Positions 56,915-64,000 of a stretch of DNA of 64,000 nucleotides are shown here, piece after piece. The DNA comes from an uncultured delta proteobacterium. GTDB lineage: Bacteria > Myxococcota_A > Polyangia > Polyangiales > Polyangiaceae. The notes under the pieces are model-generated. The model was not told the DNA's origin and did not search any database. It was given only the letters and a program-made list of their open reading frames with translations. Both the position numbers and the translations under genes were made by a program. The DNA lies in the NCBI GenBank assembly GCA_963841435.1, contig CAWJCS010000005.1, positions 1,024,001 through 1,088,000 on the forward strand, in the 5' to 3' direction. Numbering within the stretch: position 1 is the stretch's first letter; the number at the start of each line of letters is the position of its first letter.

Positions 56915-57178
56915 TCAGTTCGTCGCGGCCGGATCCACCGACACGCGCTTCTTGGTCTTGCTGTCGTGCTCGTACTTCACGAGGCCATCAACGAGCGCGA
57001 ACAGGGTGTAGTCCCGCGCAACGCCGACGTTACGTCCGGGGTTGATGGTCTGGCCGACCTGCCGCACGAGGATGCCGCCCGCGCGCACGAACTCACCGCC
57101 GAAGACCTTCACTCCGCGAAACTGAGCGTTGGAGCCGCGCCCGTTCCGGGTGGAGCCGCCACCTTTCTTGTGTGCCAT
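56915..57178 (-). CDS. rpmA: 50S ribosomal protein L27
   Basis: [33 protein letters not shown]. Confidence 0.98.
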   Translation of the reverse strand: MAHKKGGGSTRNGRGSNAQFRGVKVFGGEFVRAGGILVRQVGQTINPGRNVGVARDYTLFALVDGLVKYEHDSKTKKRVSVDPAATN

Positions 57179-57182
57179 CGCC

Positions 57183-57494
57183 CTATCCCTCGACCTTGGT
57201 GATCTTCACCGCCGAAAAGCTCTGCCGATGCCCGGCCTTGCGCCGAGAGCGCTTGCGCTTTCGGAACTTGAAGACGATGAGCTTCTCGCCCTTCACCTCG
57301 CCGACGATCTCGCCTTCGACGGAAGCGCCTGCCACTTTGGGCGTGCCGATCTTCGGCTCATCGCCGCCGATCGCGAGGACGTCGTCGAAAGTGACCTTGT
57401 CGCCGGCGTTGCCGGTCAAGAGGTCGATCCGGACGGTCTCGCCCTCGGCCACCCGGTATTGTTTGCCGCCACTGCGGATCACTGCGTAGGCCAT
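57183..57494 (-). CDS. rplU: 50S ribosomal protein L21
   Basis: [24 protein letters not shown]. Confidence 0.98.
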   Translation of the reverse strand: MAYAVIRSGGKQYRVAEGETVRIDLLTGNAGDKVTFDDVLAIGGDEPKIGTPKVAGASVEGEIVGEVKGEKLIVFKFRKRKRSRRKAGHRQSFSAVKITKVEG

Positions 57495-57600
57495 TTGGGG
57501 CGGCGGAACCTAGCCGAACATCCCAACGCACGCAAGGAAGGCAGCCTGAACGGACGAGGGGCTTGCGCCTCGGGGGCGAAACAGGGGAGATTCCCGGGGC

Positions 57601-58197
57601 ATGGCATCGTCCGACTCGATGCGCCCGCTTCCCCCGCCGTCCCTCCCGCCCGCCCGGCCGGGGATGCCCAGCATTCAGCCCGACTCGGGGACGCGCACGG
57701 CCGAAGAGGTCGAGGTGGACGCCCTCACCCGCTTGCCGGCAGGCTTTGCTCCCGAGACCGCCATCGACGATCAGATCGAGGACCTCGAGCGCTGGGCCGC
57801 CGTCAACCTCCGTCAGGATCGCAACGAGCGCATCCGCTTCTGGGTGCTCCGCGGCATCACCTTCCTCGGAGCGAGCGGCGCGGCCGTCGCCGCGGGGCTC
57901 GTCTTGCCGCGGCTCGCGGCAGGGCTCGGCGCAGCGGCGGCGCTTGCCATCGCCATCGACTCCGCCTGGCCCGTCGCGTTCCGTAACCCCGCCGTTCGCG
58001 CGGTGCACGAGCTCCGAGAGCTTCAGAACATGCTCCGGCTCCGCTGGGACAAGGTGCGGCTCGCCCATCCCGATCCTACGGCGCCCCAGCGGGTGGCCCA
58101 CGCCATGGCCATGCTCGACGCCGTGCAGGCCAAGCGCGAAGAGATCGGCAAGTATCTCGTCCGGTCCGAGCCGTCGCACGGCATCCTCAGGCGCTGA
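57601..58197 (+). CDS. Two-TM protein, SLATT/DUF4231-like
   Basis: Helix IDDQIEDLERWA..RNERIRFWVLR, two adjacent TM helices, cytoplasmic helical tail. Confidence 0.5.
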   Translation: MASSDSMRPLPPPSLPPARPGMPSIQPDSGTRTAEEVEVDALTRLPAGFAPETAIDDQIEDLERWAAVNLRQDRNERIRFWVLRGITFLGASGAAVAAGLVLPRLAAGLGAAAALAIAIDSAWPVAFRNPAVRAVHELRELQNMLRLRWDKVRLAHPDPTAPQRVAHAMAMLDAVQAKREEIGKYLVRSEPSHGILRR

Positions 58198-58252
58198 GGC
58201 CGGGGGCAAGCCTCCGAAACACGAGAAGCGCCCCGTCCGACGGCGCCCGGGC

Positions 58253-59209
58253 TCAGAGGCCCAGCGAGCGGTCCAGCGCGTCGACGAACGTCGCCGCGCT
58301 CGGCGCCTTGCCGAGCACGACTCGCGTGACCTCCGCACCGCCGAGCTCGGGGCGCACGGCCCGTTCGGGCCCGGAGCCGCCCGACGCGGGGGCCGGCACG
58401 ACGGGCGGCACCTGCGCCGTGGGCGACGGCGGCGACGGCGCCGTCGGCACGATGGGCAGGTCGTACATGCCCGAGGGCATCTGCGTGCGCGGCAATGCCA
58501 CTTCGAGCTCCTCGGGCGGGCGCTCGGCGGGCGACTCGGGCTGGCCCGCGCTCACGTCGATTTCGAGCACGGGGCCGCGCGGCGGCTCGAGCTCGATCGT
58601 CTCGCCGAGCTGCTCTGCGGTCGGGCCCATCGACGGGGGCCCGGTGAGATCCGCTTCGAGCTCGTCAACGTCGGGGATGCGGGGCGCCTCGATGCCGGTC
58701 GGCAAAGGCGCGGCCGCTTGCGGTCCCGACTCGGGCGGCGGCGTCTTGACGGGAACCTCGCGCTCATCCTCGGCTTCCGTCGCGCTCGCGATCGCCTCGT
58801 CGATCGTCTGGGCCACCTTCGTGCGGCTGGACGAGATCGGCGGCTCTTCGTCGTCGGGGACCACGACGGGCTCTTCGACCGTGGCAGGTGCCTCGGCTTC
58901 GGGCGGAATGGTCGTCACCTCGAGGAGGTCGTCGTCGCTGAGCTCCTCGGGCGGCAGGCTCGAGGGTCGCGGCTGCACGGCGGAGCCGGGCTCGGGTTGC
59001 CACGACGGCGGCTGGGGCAACGGCGACGGCGGCGCCGCGACGGCGGCGACCGGAGCCGGCTCCGACCGGGCGACCTCGACCGCGACGTCCTCGGGGCCGG
59101 GCGGCGGCGGCGCCGAAGTGTGCGGCGCGGGCTCGCGCGCGAGCCCCGCGTTGCGACGCACGCGGTCGAGCAAGACCTCGAGGCGCGCAACGCGCTCGCG
59201 CGGCGTCAT
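58253..59209 (-). CDS. Pro/Glu-rich low-complexity hypothetical protein
   Basis: N-terminal RLEVLLDRVRRNA and C-terminal TFVDALDRSLGL helices flanking a disordered region; ATGA coupling to the upstream gene. Confidence 0.65.
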   Translation of the reverse strand: MTPRERVARLEVLLDRVRRNAGLAREPAPHTSAPPPPGPEDVAVEVARSEPAPVAAVAAPPSPLPQPPSWQPEPGSAVQPRPSSLPPEELSDDDLLEVTTIPPEAEAPATVEEPVVVPDDEEPPISSSRTKVAQTIDEAIASATEAEDEREVPVKTPPPESGPQAAAPLPTGIEAPRIPDVDELEADLTGPPSMGPTAEQLGETIELEPPRGPVLEIDVSAGQPESPAERPPEELEVALPRTQMPSGMYDLPIVPTAPSPPSPTAQVPPVVPAPASGGSGPERAVRPELGGAEVTRVVLGKAPSAATFVDALDRSLGL

Positions 59210-59757
59210 GACGGCACCGTTTCGTTGAGGCGGGCGAGCGCTTCGCTCCAGCCCACACCGGTGCCGAGCCAGCCGCGCACCCGATCGGCCGTCTGGGGGC
59301 TCACGACGAGCAACCGCACCGTCGCGTCGTCGCGCACGAGCACGACCACGCTCGCATGACGACCGAAGGCGCGCTGCACGGCACCCTCGAGCACGCCGGC
59401 GAGCAGCTCGTCGCCTTCGCCCCGCAGCGGGGACGCCTGCACGTTCGCCACGAGGGCGGCACCCCAGCGCTCGAACGAGAGCGAGCCCAGACCCATCAGG
59501 GCGATCTCACCGCCCAGGTGCTCGACGACGGCTTCGAGCCCGGCGCCGGAATCGAGGCGCTCGGCCACGCGCCGCCCCGCCTCGGTGCCCAGGCGGCGGG
59601 CAAAGTCCCGGCGCGTTTCGACGTCGGCGCCGCGCATGAGCGCCGTCAGCGCATCGGCAGGCAAGACGATACGATCGAGGGAGCCGCTCAGCCTGACCGT
59701 CCCGCGATCGAGGTTGAACTCCAAGGAATGCGTCGGGTCGAAGCGCGGCGTGCCCAT
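59206..59757 (-). CDS. V4R-like small-ligand-binding domain protein
   Basis: RIVLPADAL..LGTEAGRR..ALMGLGSLSFERWG..LLAGVLEGA pattern. Confidence 0.55.
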   Translation of the reverse strand: MGTPRFDPTHSLEFNLDRGTVRLSGSLDRIVLPADALTALMRGADVETRRDFARRLGTEAGRRVAERLDSGAGLEAVVEHLGGEIALMGLGSLSFERWGAALVANVQASPLRGEGDELLAGVLEGAVQRAFGRHASVVVLVRDDATVRLLVVSPQTADRVRGWLGTGVGWSEALARLNETVPS

Positions 59758-59825
59758 GGCTTTGTGCCGGAGAGGAAGGCTCAGTATAGGGTCCCCTGCT
59801 GGAAGCGTGTCAAATTCGTCCCGAA

Positions 59826-61244
59826 GTGAGCGCGCGCTTCACCCCCAGGCCGACGCTCCGCCGCCTCGCGCTTTTGGCCGCGGCGGCCGGCCTCTACCCT
59901 TGCGTGCCCTCGGCTGCGCTCGGCGCTCCCGCCGAGCGACCGATCTTGCTCGGAGGGGCGCCCGACGAGGCATCGCACGAGGTCACGACCGATCCACGGC
60001 TGCCGGTCGGCGCGCCGTTCGAAACGCCGGCGCGCCCGCCGAGCTACGACCGAGCCTGCAGCGCTCGCTTGCCCGTCTGCGTCCACGCGGTGGCGCCGAA
60101 GATCGACGCCGAAACGGTCGGTACGGCGCTCGACGCGCTCGAGAGCGCGTACGAGCGGATCGTCTACGGACTCATGCTGCCGGCACCGCTCGCCGACTGG
60201 GGTGAGGGAGGCAGCGACGCCCTCGACCTCTACCTGACGCCGCCCGACGCCACCTCCGCGAGCTACGAGCGCGTGAGCGTTCACGCCACGGCACGCCGCC
60301 CCGGTGGCTTCGACCGGAGCGCGGCCTTTTGCGAGGCCATGGCCGACGGCGGTGCGCTCATCGAACGCGCTGCGACGCTTTGTGTCGGCGAGGCGCTGGG
60401 CCTCCGTCTCGATCCCGCCGAAACACCCGACCTTCGGCGCGCGTTCGCCACCGAGCTCTGGTGGATCGTCGGCCTGCCCACCGCCTTCGACTTCGAGGCG
60501 CTCGCGAGCGTGCAGTCACGACCCTTCCGCGCGATCGCGGGGCGCGACCTCGGGCCGACGAGCGAGGGCGGCGCGCTCTTCTTCGAGTACCTCGAACGGC
60601 GGCTCGGTCGGACCGACGACGGAACGCTGTCGACCGCGCTCCTCGCGGCGTCCGCGCAGACGACGCCCGCCGCGGCCGCCACCTGGCAAAACGAGCCCGA
60701 CACGTTCGACGTGCTGCGCCACACCCTCGACGAGAGTGAAGCGAAGCTCGCTAACCTGCTCGGCGCCTTCGGGGTCTCACGCGCGTTCGTCGGCAGCCGG
60801 GACGACGGCGAGCACCTGCCGGATCTCGGATGGTCGGGCACGTTCGGTGCGGCGACCATGGATTGGACGCTGCCGTTCGCCTCGCTGCCCCGCCGCGTGC
60901 GGCTCACGCCGGTCGAGCCCACGGGCACGGCGCTCGTCTGGGTCGACCTCAGGGGTGCGCCGCGGGGCGCGCCGCTCGGCTTCCAGGCGGAGTGGGAGCC
61001 GCCCGCAGAGTTTCAGTGGGTGCTCGTGCGCGTCGACAGCGCGGGTCGCGAGCTTGGCAGGCTCGAGGTGCCGTTCCAGGAGCGCGAGACACACGTGGAG
61101 GCCCGGCTCGTCAACATCGGTGACGCCGCAGGCGTGCTCGTTGCCGGCACGCACCTCGAGCGCGTCGACGGCGACCACCCGTTCGACCCCGACGTGGCGC
61201 CGTTCGAGCCGCACGGCGCCATGTTGTACGTCGTCGAGCTGTGA
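59826..61244 (+). CDS. Secreted hypothetical protein (possibly a degenerate metallopeptidase fold)
   Basis: Signal peptide; ALESAY..LPAPLADWGEGGSDALDLYL; no HExxH. Confidence 0.55.
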   Translation: MSARFTPRPTLRRLALLAAAAGLYPCVPSAALGAPAERPILLGGAPDEASHEVTTDPRLPVGAPFETPARPPSYDRACSARLPVCVHAVAPKIDAETVGTALDALESAYERIVYGLMLPAPLADWGEGGSDALDLYLTPPDATSASYERVSVHATARRPGGFDRSAAFCEAMADGGALIERAATLCVGEALGLRLDPAETPDLRRAFATELWWIVGLPTAFDFEALASVQSRPFRAIAGRDLGPTSEGGALFFEYLERRLGRTDDGTLSTALLAASAQTTPAAAATWQNEPDTFDVLRHTLDESEAKLANLLGAFGVSRAFVGSRDDGEHLPDLGWSGTFGAATMDWTLPFASLPRRVRLTPVEPTGTALVWVDLRGAPRGAPLGFQAEWEPPAEFQWVLVRVDSAGRELGRLEVPFQERETHVEARLVNIGDAAGVLVAGTHLERVDGDHPFDPDVAPFEPHGAMLYVVEL

Positions 61245-61247
61245 GCG

Positions 61248-63740
61248 TCAGCGCTCGCGCCGTCCGGAGGCCCTGCGTCGCGAAAGACCGAGCGCGAGCG
61301 CTCCCGCGACGAGCACCCAGCCGCCGGCGTGGCGGCCGCTGCCGGCGACGAAACGACAGCCGCCGAGCGCCGACGGCAGCGACGCCGCGAGCGACGGGTC
61401 AACGGCGATCGGGACGGTCGTTTCCGAAAGCGTGTGGCCGTCGAAAACCAGCGACACCGTGAGCCTGCGACCGCCGCTCCCCGAGGGAGTCACCACGCCG
61501 AAACGATAGAGCCCCGGCGCGACACGCCCGAGCCCCGGCGCCGCGCTGCCGCCGTCGAGCGCGAGGGTGAGTCGCCTTTCGTCGAAGCCGTCGGCGATGC
61601 GGCCGCCGTCGTCGCGCAGCACGGCCAGGCCCGTCAGCGGCCACGCAGGATCGGGGTGAGCCAGCGCGTCACCGAGCACGAGGCGGCTCTCGGAGCCGGG
61701 CAAGCGCGCGGGGGCGTCCCCCGAGCCCGCCTCGGCGACTTGGAGCGTCTGCTCGAGGTCGAGCGCGCCCGGACCGACCTGCTGCGCCGTGAGCACGACC
61801 CCGCCGAGCGGCCGAGTGCCGGCCTGCAACAACGCGCGCGCCCCGTCCTGATCCAGCGTGGGATCGCGCTCGAACAGGAGCGCGATCGCGCCCGTGACGA
61901 GCGGCGCTGCCATCGACGTGCCCGAGGTCACGGCGTAGAGGTCGCTCACGACCGAACAGGCCGCCGTGAACCCGGCCTCGGTGCAACGCTCACCGTCGTC
62001 GAAGAGCCCGCCCGCCCCTTCGGCGCGCGGATCGGCACCGTGAGCGAGCGCGCCGATGAGGTTGCCCCCCGGTGCGACGAGGTCGGGTTTGAGCGTGCCG
62101 TCCGCCGACGGTCCCGCTCCCGAAAAATAGGCGCTCGTGTCGGGAGGCGCCGGGTCGAGCGCGCCGAACGCGGAAAACGTCACGGCCTCGCCCGCGTAGT
62201 CGATCCAGTCGGTTCGATTGAGCGTCGCTCCCACGGCAATGAGCCCGGCCGCGCTCGCGGGGATCGACACCGTGCCCTGGCGCTCGGCGCGCGGCAAAAG
62301 CGGGCCGACGCTGCGCGCAGGGCTGAGCGGACCGTCGCCCTCGACCCAGAGGCTGGCCGTACCGGGCCCTTCGAAACGCAGACCGAACAGATTGCTGCTC
62401 GGAAACGTCCCCGAGATCATGATCGCGGCGCCGTGCGTTCCCCGCGGGACGACGCCTGCTTCCGACGCGAGGTCGTTCACGATCGTGATCTCGACGTCGT
62501 CGTGCGAAAATTGCCCGCTCGTGCCCGGCCGGACGAGCGAGGTCACGGGGCCCGACCGGTCGTCGACGCCGATGGCGAGTGCATCGCCGGCGCGCGTGCC
62601 CACCCACGCGTAGATGGCGCCCTGCGTGATGCCCCGCGAGGTGGGCGGCGTGACGATGGGGACGAGCGCGCTCGCCCCGTCGGGCACGTGCACCGACGTG
62701 TGGATACCGAGTGGCTCCGGAACTCCGGTGTAAAGTCCCGTGTACAGGCCCGCGCTGTTGCCAGCGGCCACGACGATGGCTCGCCCCGGGTGCTCGGCGC
62801 CGACCAGGCTCGAAAGGCCCCGCTCGAGGCCGGAGCTGCCGTCGTGCCCGCCGAAGTCGCCGCCAAGGCTCAAGTTGAGCACGGCAGGCATGCCGAGCTC
62901 GGCCGCCCGCTCGAACACGAAGCGCGCGGCCTTGAGCACGTCCGTATCGAAAATCCCGCCGCCGCGCCGCGTGACTCGCGCGACGACGAGCGTCGCCTCG
63001 GGAGCGACGCCGACGAACCGAGCCGGGCTCTCGGAGCGCCCGTTGCCGGCGGCGAGCGAAGCGACGTGCGTCCCATGGCCGATCGGATCGTTCGGGTCGT
63101 CGTCGGGGTCACCGTTGGCGAGCAGCTCGTCGACGTCGGTGCCCGTCAGGACCGCGCAAGGCACCGCCGTATCGTCGTCGGGGTCCGTCCGGCAGCCGAG
63201 CTCGTCTTCGAGCTCGGGGTGCCGCTCCATGCGCTCGCGCGAAAAATCGAGCCAGTAGGCGACGCGCGTCCCCAGGCTGCTCTCGCGCAAGTCGGGGTGC
63301 GTCGGGTCGATGCCGGTGTCGAGCAGGCCGACAACGACGCCCCGGCCGCTCAGGCCGGTGTCGTTGCGGAAGGCGGATGCCCGCACGAAGCCGTCGGCCC
63401 GATCGAGCATCAGGCGGCGCGGCGGGGCCCAGGTAAGCCCCAGATCGGGGTGCGTTCCGGCGAAGTCGGCGAGCGCGTCCGCGCCGAGATCGAGCACGCC
63501 GAGCCGCGTTCCGGCGCTCGTCGTGCCGATCGACACGAAGCCGGCCGGAGCCTCGCGCCCCTCGGGCAGCTCCGTGACCACGCCGACGCTCGGGCCGAGC
63601 ACCCGGGGAAGCGCGCTCTCGGTCGAGCGTGAAAGCGCAGCGAGGTCGATGTCGGCCCGCGCCGGACGACCGAGCAAGAAGAGCAGCGCGAAGAGCGCGA
63701 GCCCGGCGCTGTGACTGCGACACAGGCGCTCCCGTTGCAT
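61248..63740 (-). CDS. S8 (subtilisin-family) serine peptidase with a MYXO-CTERM-like tail
   Basis: LDTGID, HGTHVASLAAG, AAGN, GTSMAAP; C-terminal GGC-..-TM-RRR. Confidence 0.93.
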   Translation of the reverse strand: MQRERLCRSHSAGLALFALLFLLGRPARADIDLAALSRSTESALPRVLGPSVGVVTELPEGREAPAGFVSIGTTSAGTRLGVLDLGADALADFAGTHPDLGLTWAPPRRLMLDRADGFVRASAFRNDTGLSGRGVVVGLLDTGIDPTHPDLRESSLGTRVAYWLDFSRERMERHPELEDELGCRTDPDDDTAVPCAVLTGTDVDELLANGDPDDDPNDPIGHGTHVASLAAGNGRSESPARFVGVAPEATLVVARVTRRGGGIFDTDVLKAARFVFERAAELGMPAVLNLSLGGDFGGHDGSSGLERGLSSLVGAEHPGRAIVVAAGNSAGLYTGLYTGVPEPLGIHTSVHVPDGASALVPIVTPPTSRGITQGAIYAWVGTRAGDALAIGVDDRSGPVTSLVRPGTSGQFSHDDVEITIVNDLASEAGVVPRGTHGAAIMISGTFPSSNLFGLRFEGPGTASLWVEGDGPLSPARSVGPLLPRAERQGTVSIPASAAGLIAVGATLNRTDWIDYAGEAVTFSAFGALDPAPPDTSAYFSGAGPSADGTLKPDLVAPGGNLIGALAHGADPRAEGAGGLFDDGERCTEAGFTAACSVVSDLYAVTSGTSMAAPLVTGAIALLFERDPTLDQDGARALLQAGTRPLGGVVLTAQQVGPGALDLEQTLQVAEAGSGDAPARLPGSESRLVLGDALAHPDPAWPLTGLAVLRDDGGRIADGFDERRLTLALDGGSAAPGLGRVAPGLYRFGVVTPSGSGGRRLTVSLVFDGHTLSETTVPIAVDPSLAASLPSALGGCRFVAGSGRHAGGWVLVAGALALGLSRRRASGRRER

Positions 63741-63744
63741 CGGA

Positions 63745-64000
63745 TCACATCGGGGGCACGAGGTGCTTGCGCGCGACCCTCGGCGCGCGCCGGCCGCCCG
63801 CGTGCGCAAAGCGCGTGGCAATCTCGTCGCGTAGAGCGTCCCCGGAAACGACGGCGTCGAGCACGAGCTCGCTCGCCAGCTTCTCGAGGCTCACGTCCTT
63901 CTTGTATTCGTCGCGCAGCGAGGCCACGAGCGCGTCGCGCTCAGCGCCTTCGGCCGCCTTTTGGATGCGGTGAAAATGGACGGCGTTGACGGCCGCCTGC
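63745..64000 (-). CDS. Acyl-CoA carboxylase beta subunit, C-terminal fragment (runs off the window)
   Basis: AAVNAVHFHRI..LRDEYKKDVSLEKLASELVLDAVV..RKHLVPPM. Confidence 0.8.
   Translation of the reverse strand, partial: QAAVNAVHFHRIQKAAEGAERDALVASLRDEYKKDVSLEKLASELVLDAVVSGDALRDEIATRFAHAGGRRAPRVARKHLVPPM

Noticed and set aside
1-64000. Genome-wide TGA reassignment suggested by three in-frame TGA cases
   Set aside because: Many conserved genes (gshB, rpmA, argS, the Omp85 gene) end at TGA exactly at their expected C-termini, often with ATGA/TGATG coupling

Overview
High-GC (visually ~70%) bacterial chromosomal window with about 50 densely packed CDSs. It is almost certainly from a myxobacterium (Polyangiaceae/Sorangiineae-like), judged from a MYXO-CTERM-type subtilase, a PEGA/TPR + Ser/Thr kinase module, Gly/Cys-rich lipoproteins and GltF/GltG-like gliding-type genes. 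Housekeeping genes recognised are gshB, ggt, ndh, tamA/tamB-like, argG, argS, miaA, mutL, rplU and rpmA. I saw no rRNA, tRNA, CRISPR array, transposase or integrase. The most striking accessory element is a compact three-gene operon at 51144-53204. Its products resemble, in order, a type III secretion tip/filament protein (EspA/SseB/Bsp22-like), a major translocator (SctE: EspD/SseC/YopB-like) and a minor translocator (SctB: EspB/SseD/YopD-like), with no chaperone or injectisome genes nearby: an orphan translocon. Other points are a 40-bp imperfect direct repeat bracketing a ~4.9-kb stress-gene block, a MocR operator-like repeat set, four single-base frameshifts (one in essential argS, so probably assembly errors), and three reading frames that continue coherently across an in-frame TGA. 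All product calls come from motif recognition by eye; no database searches were run.
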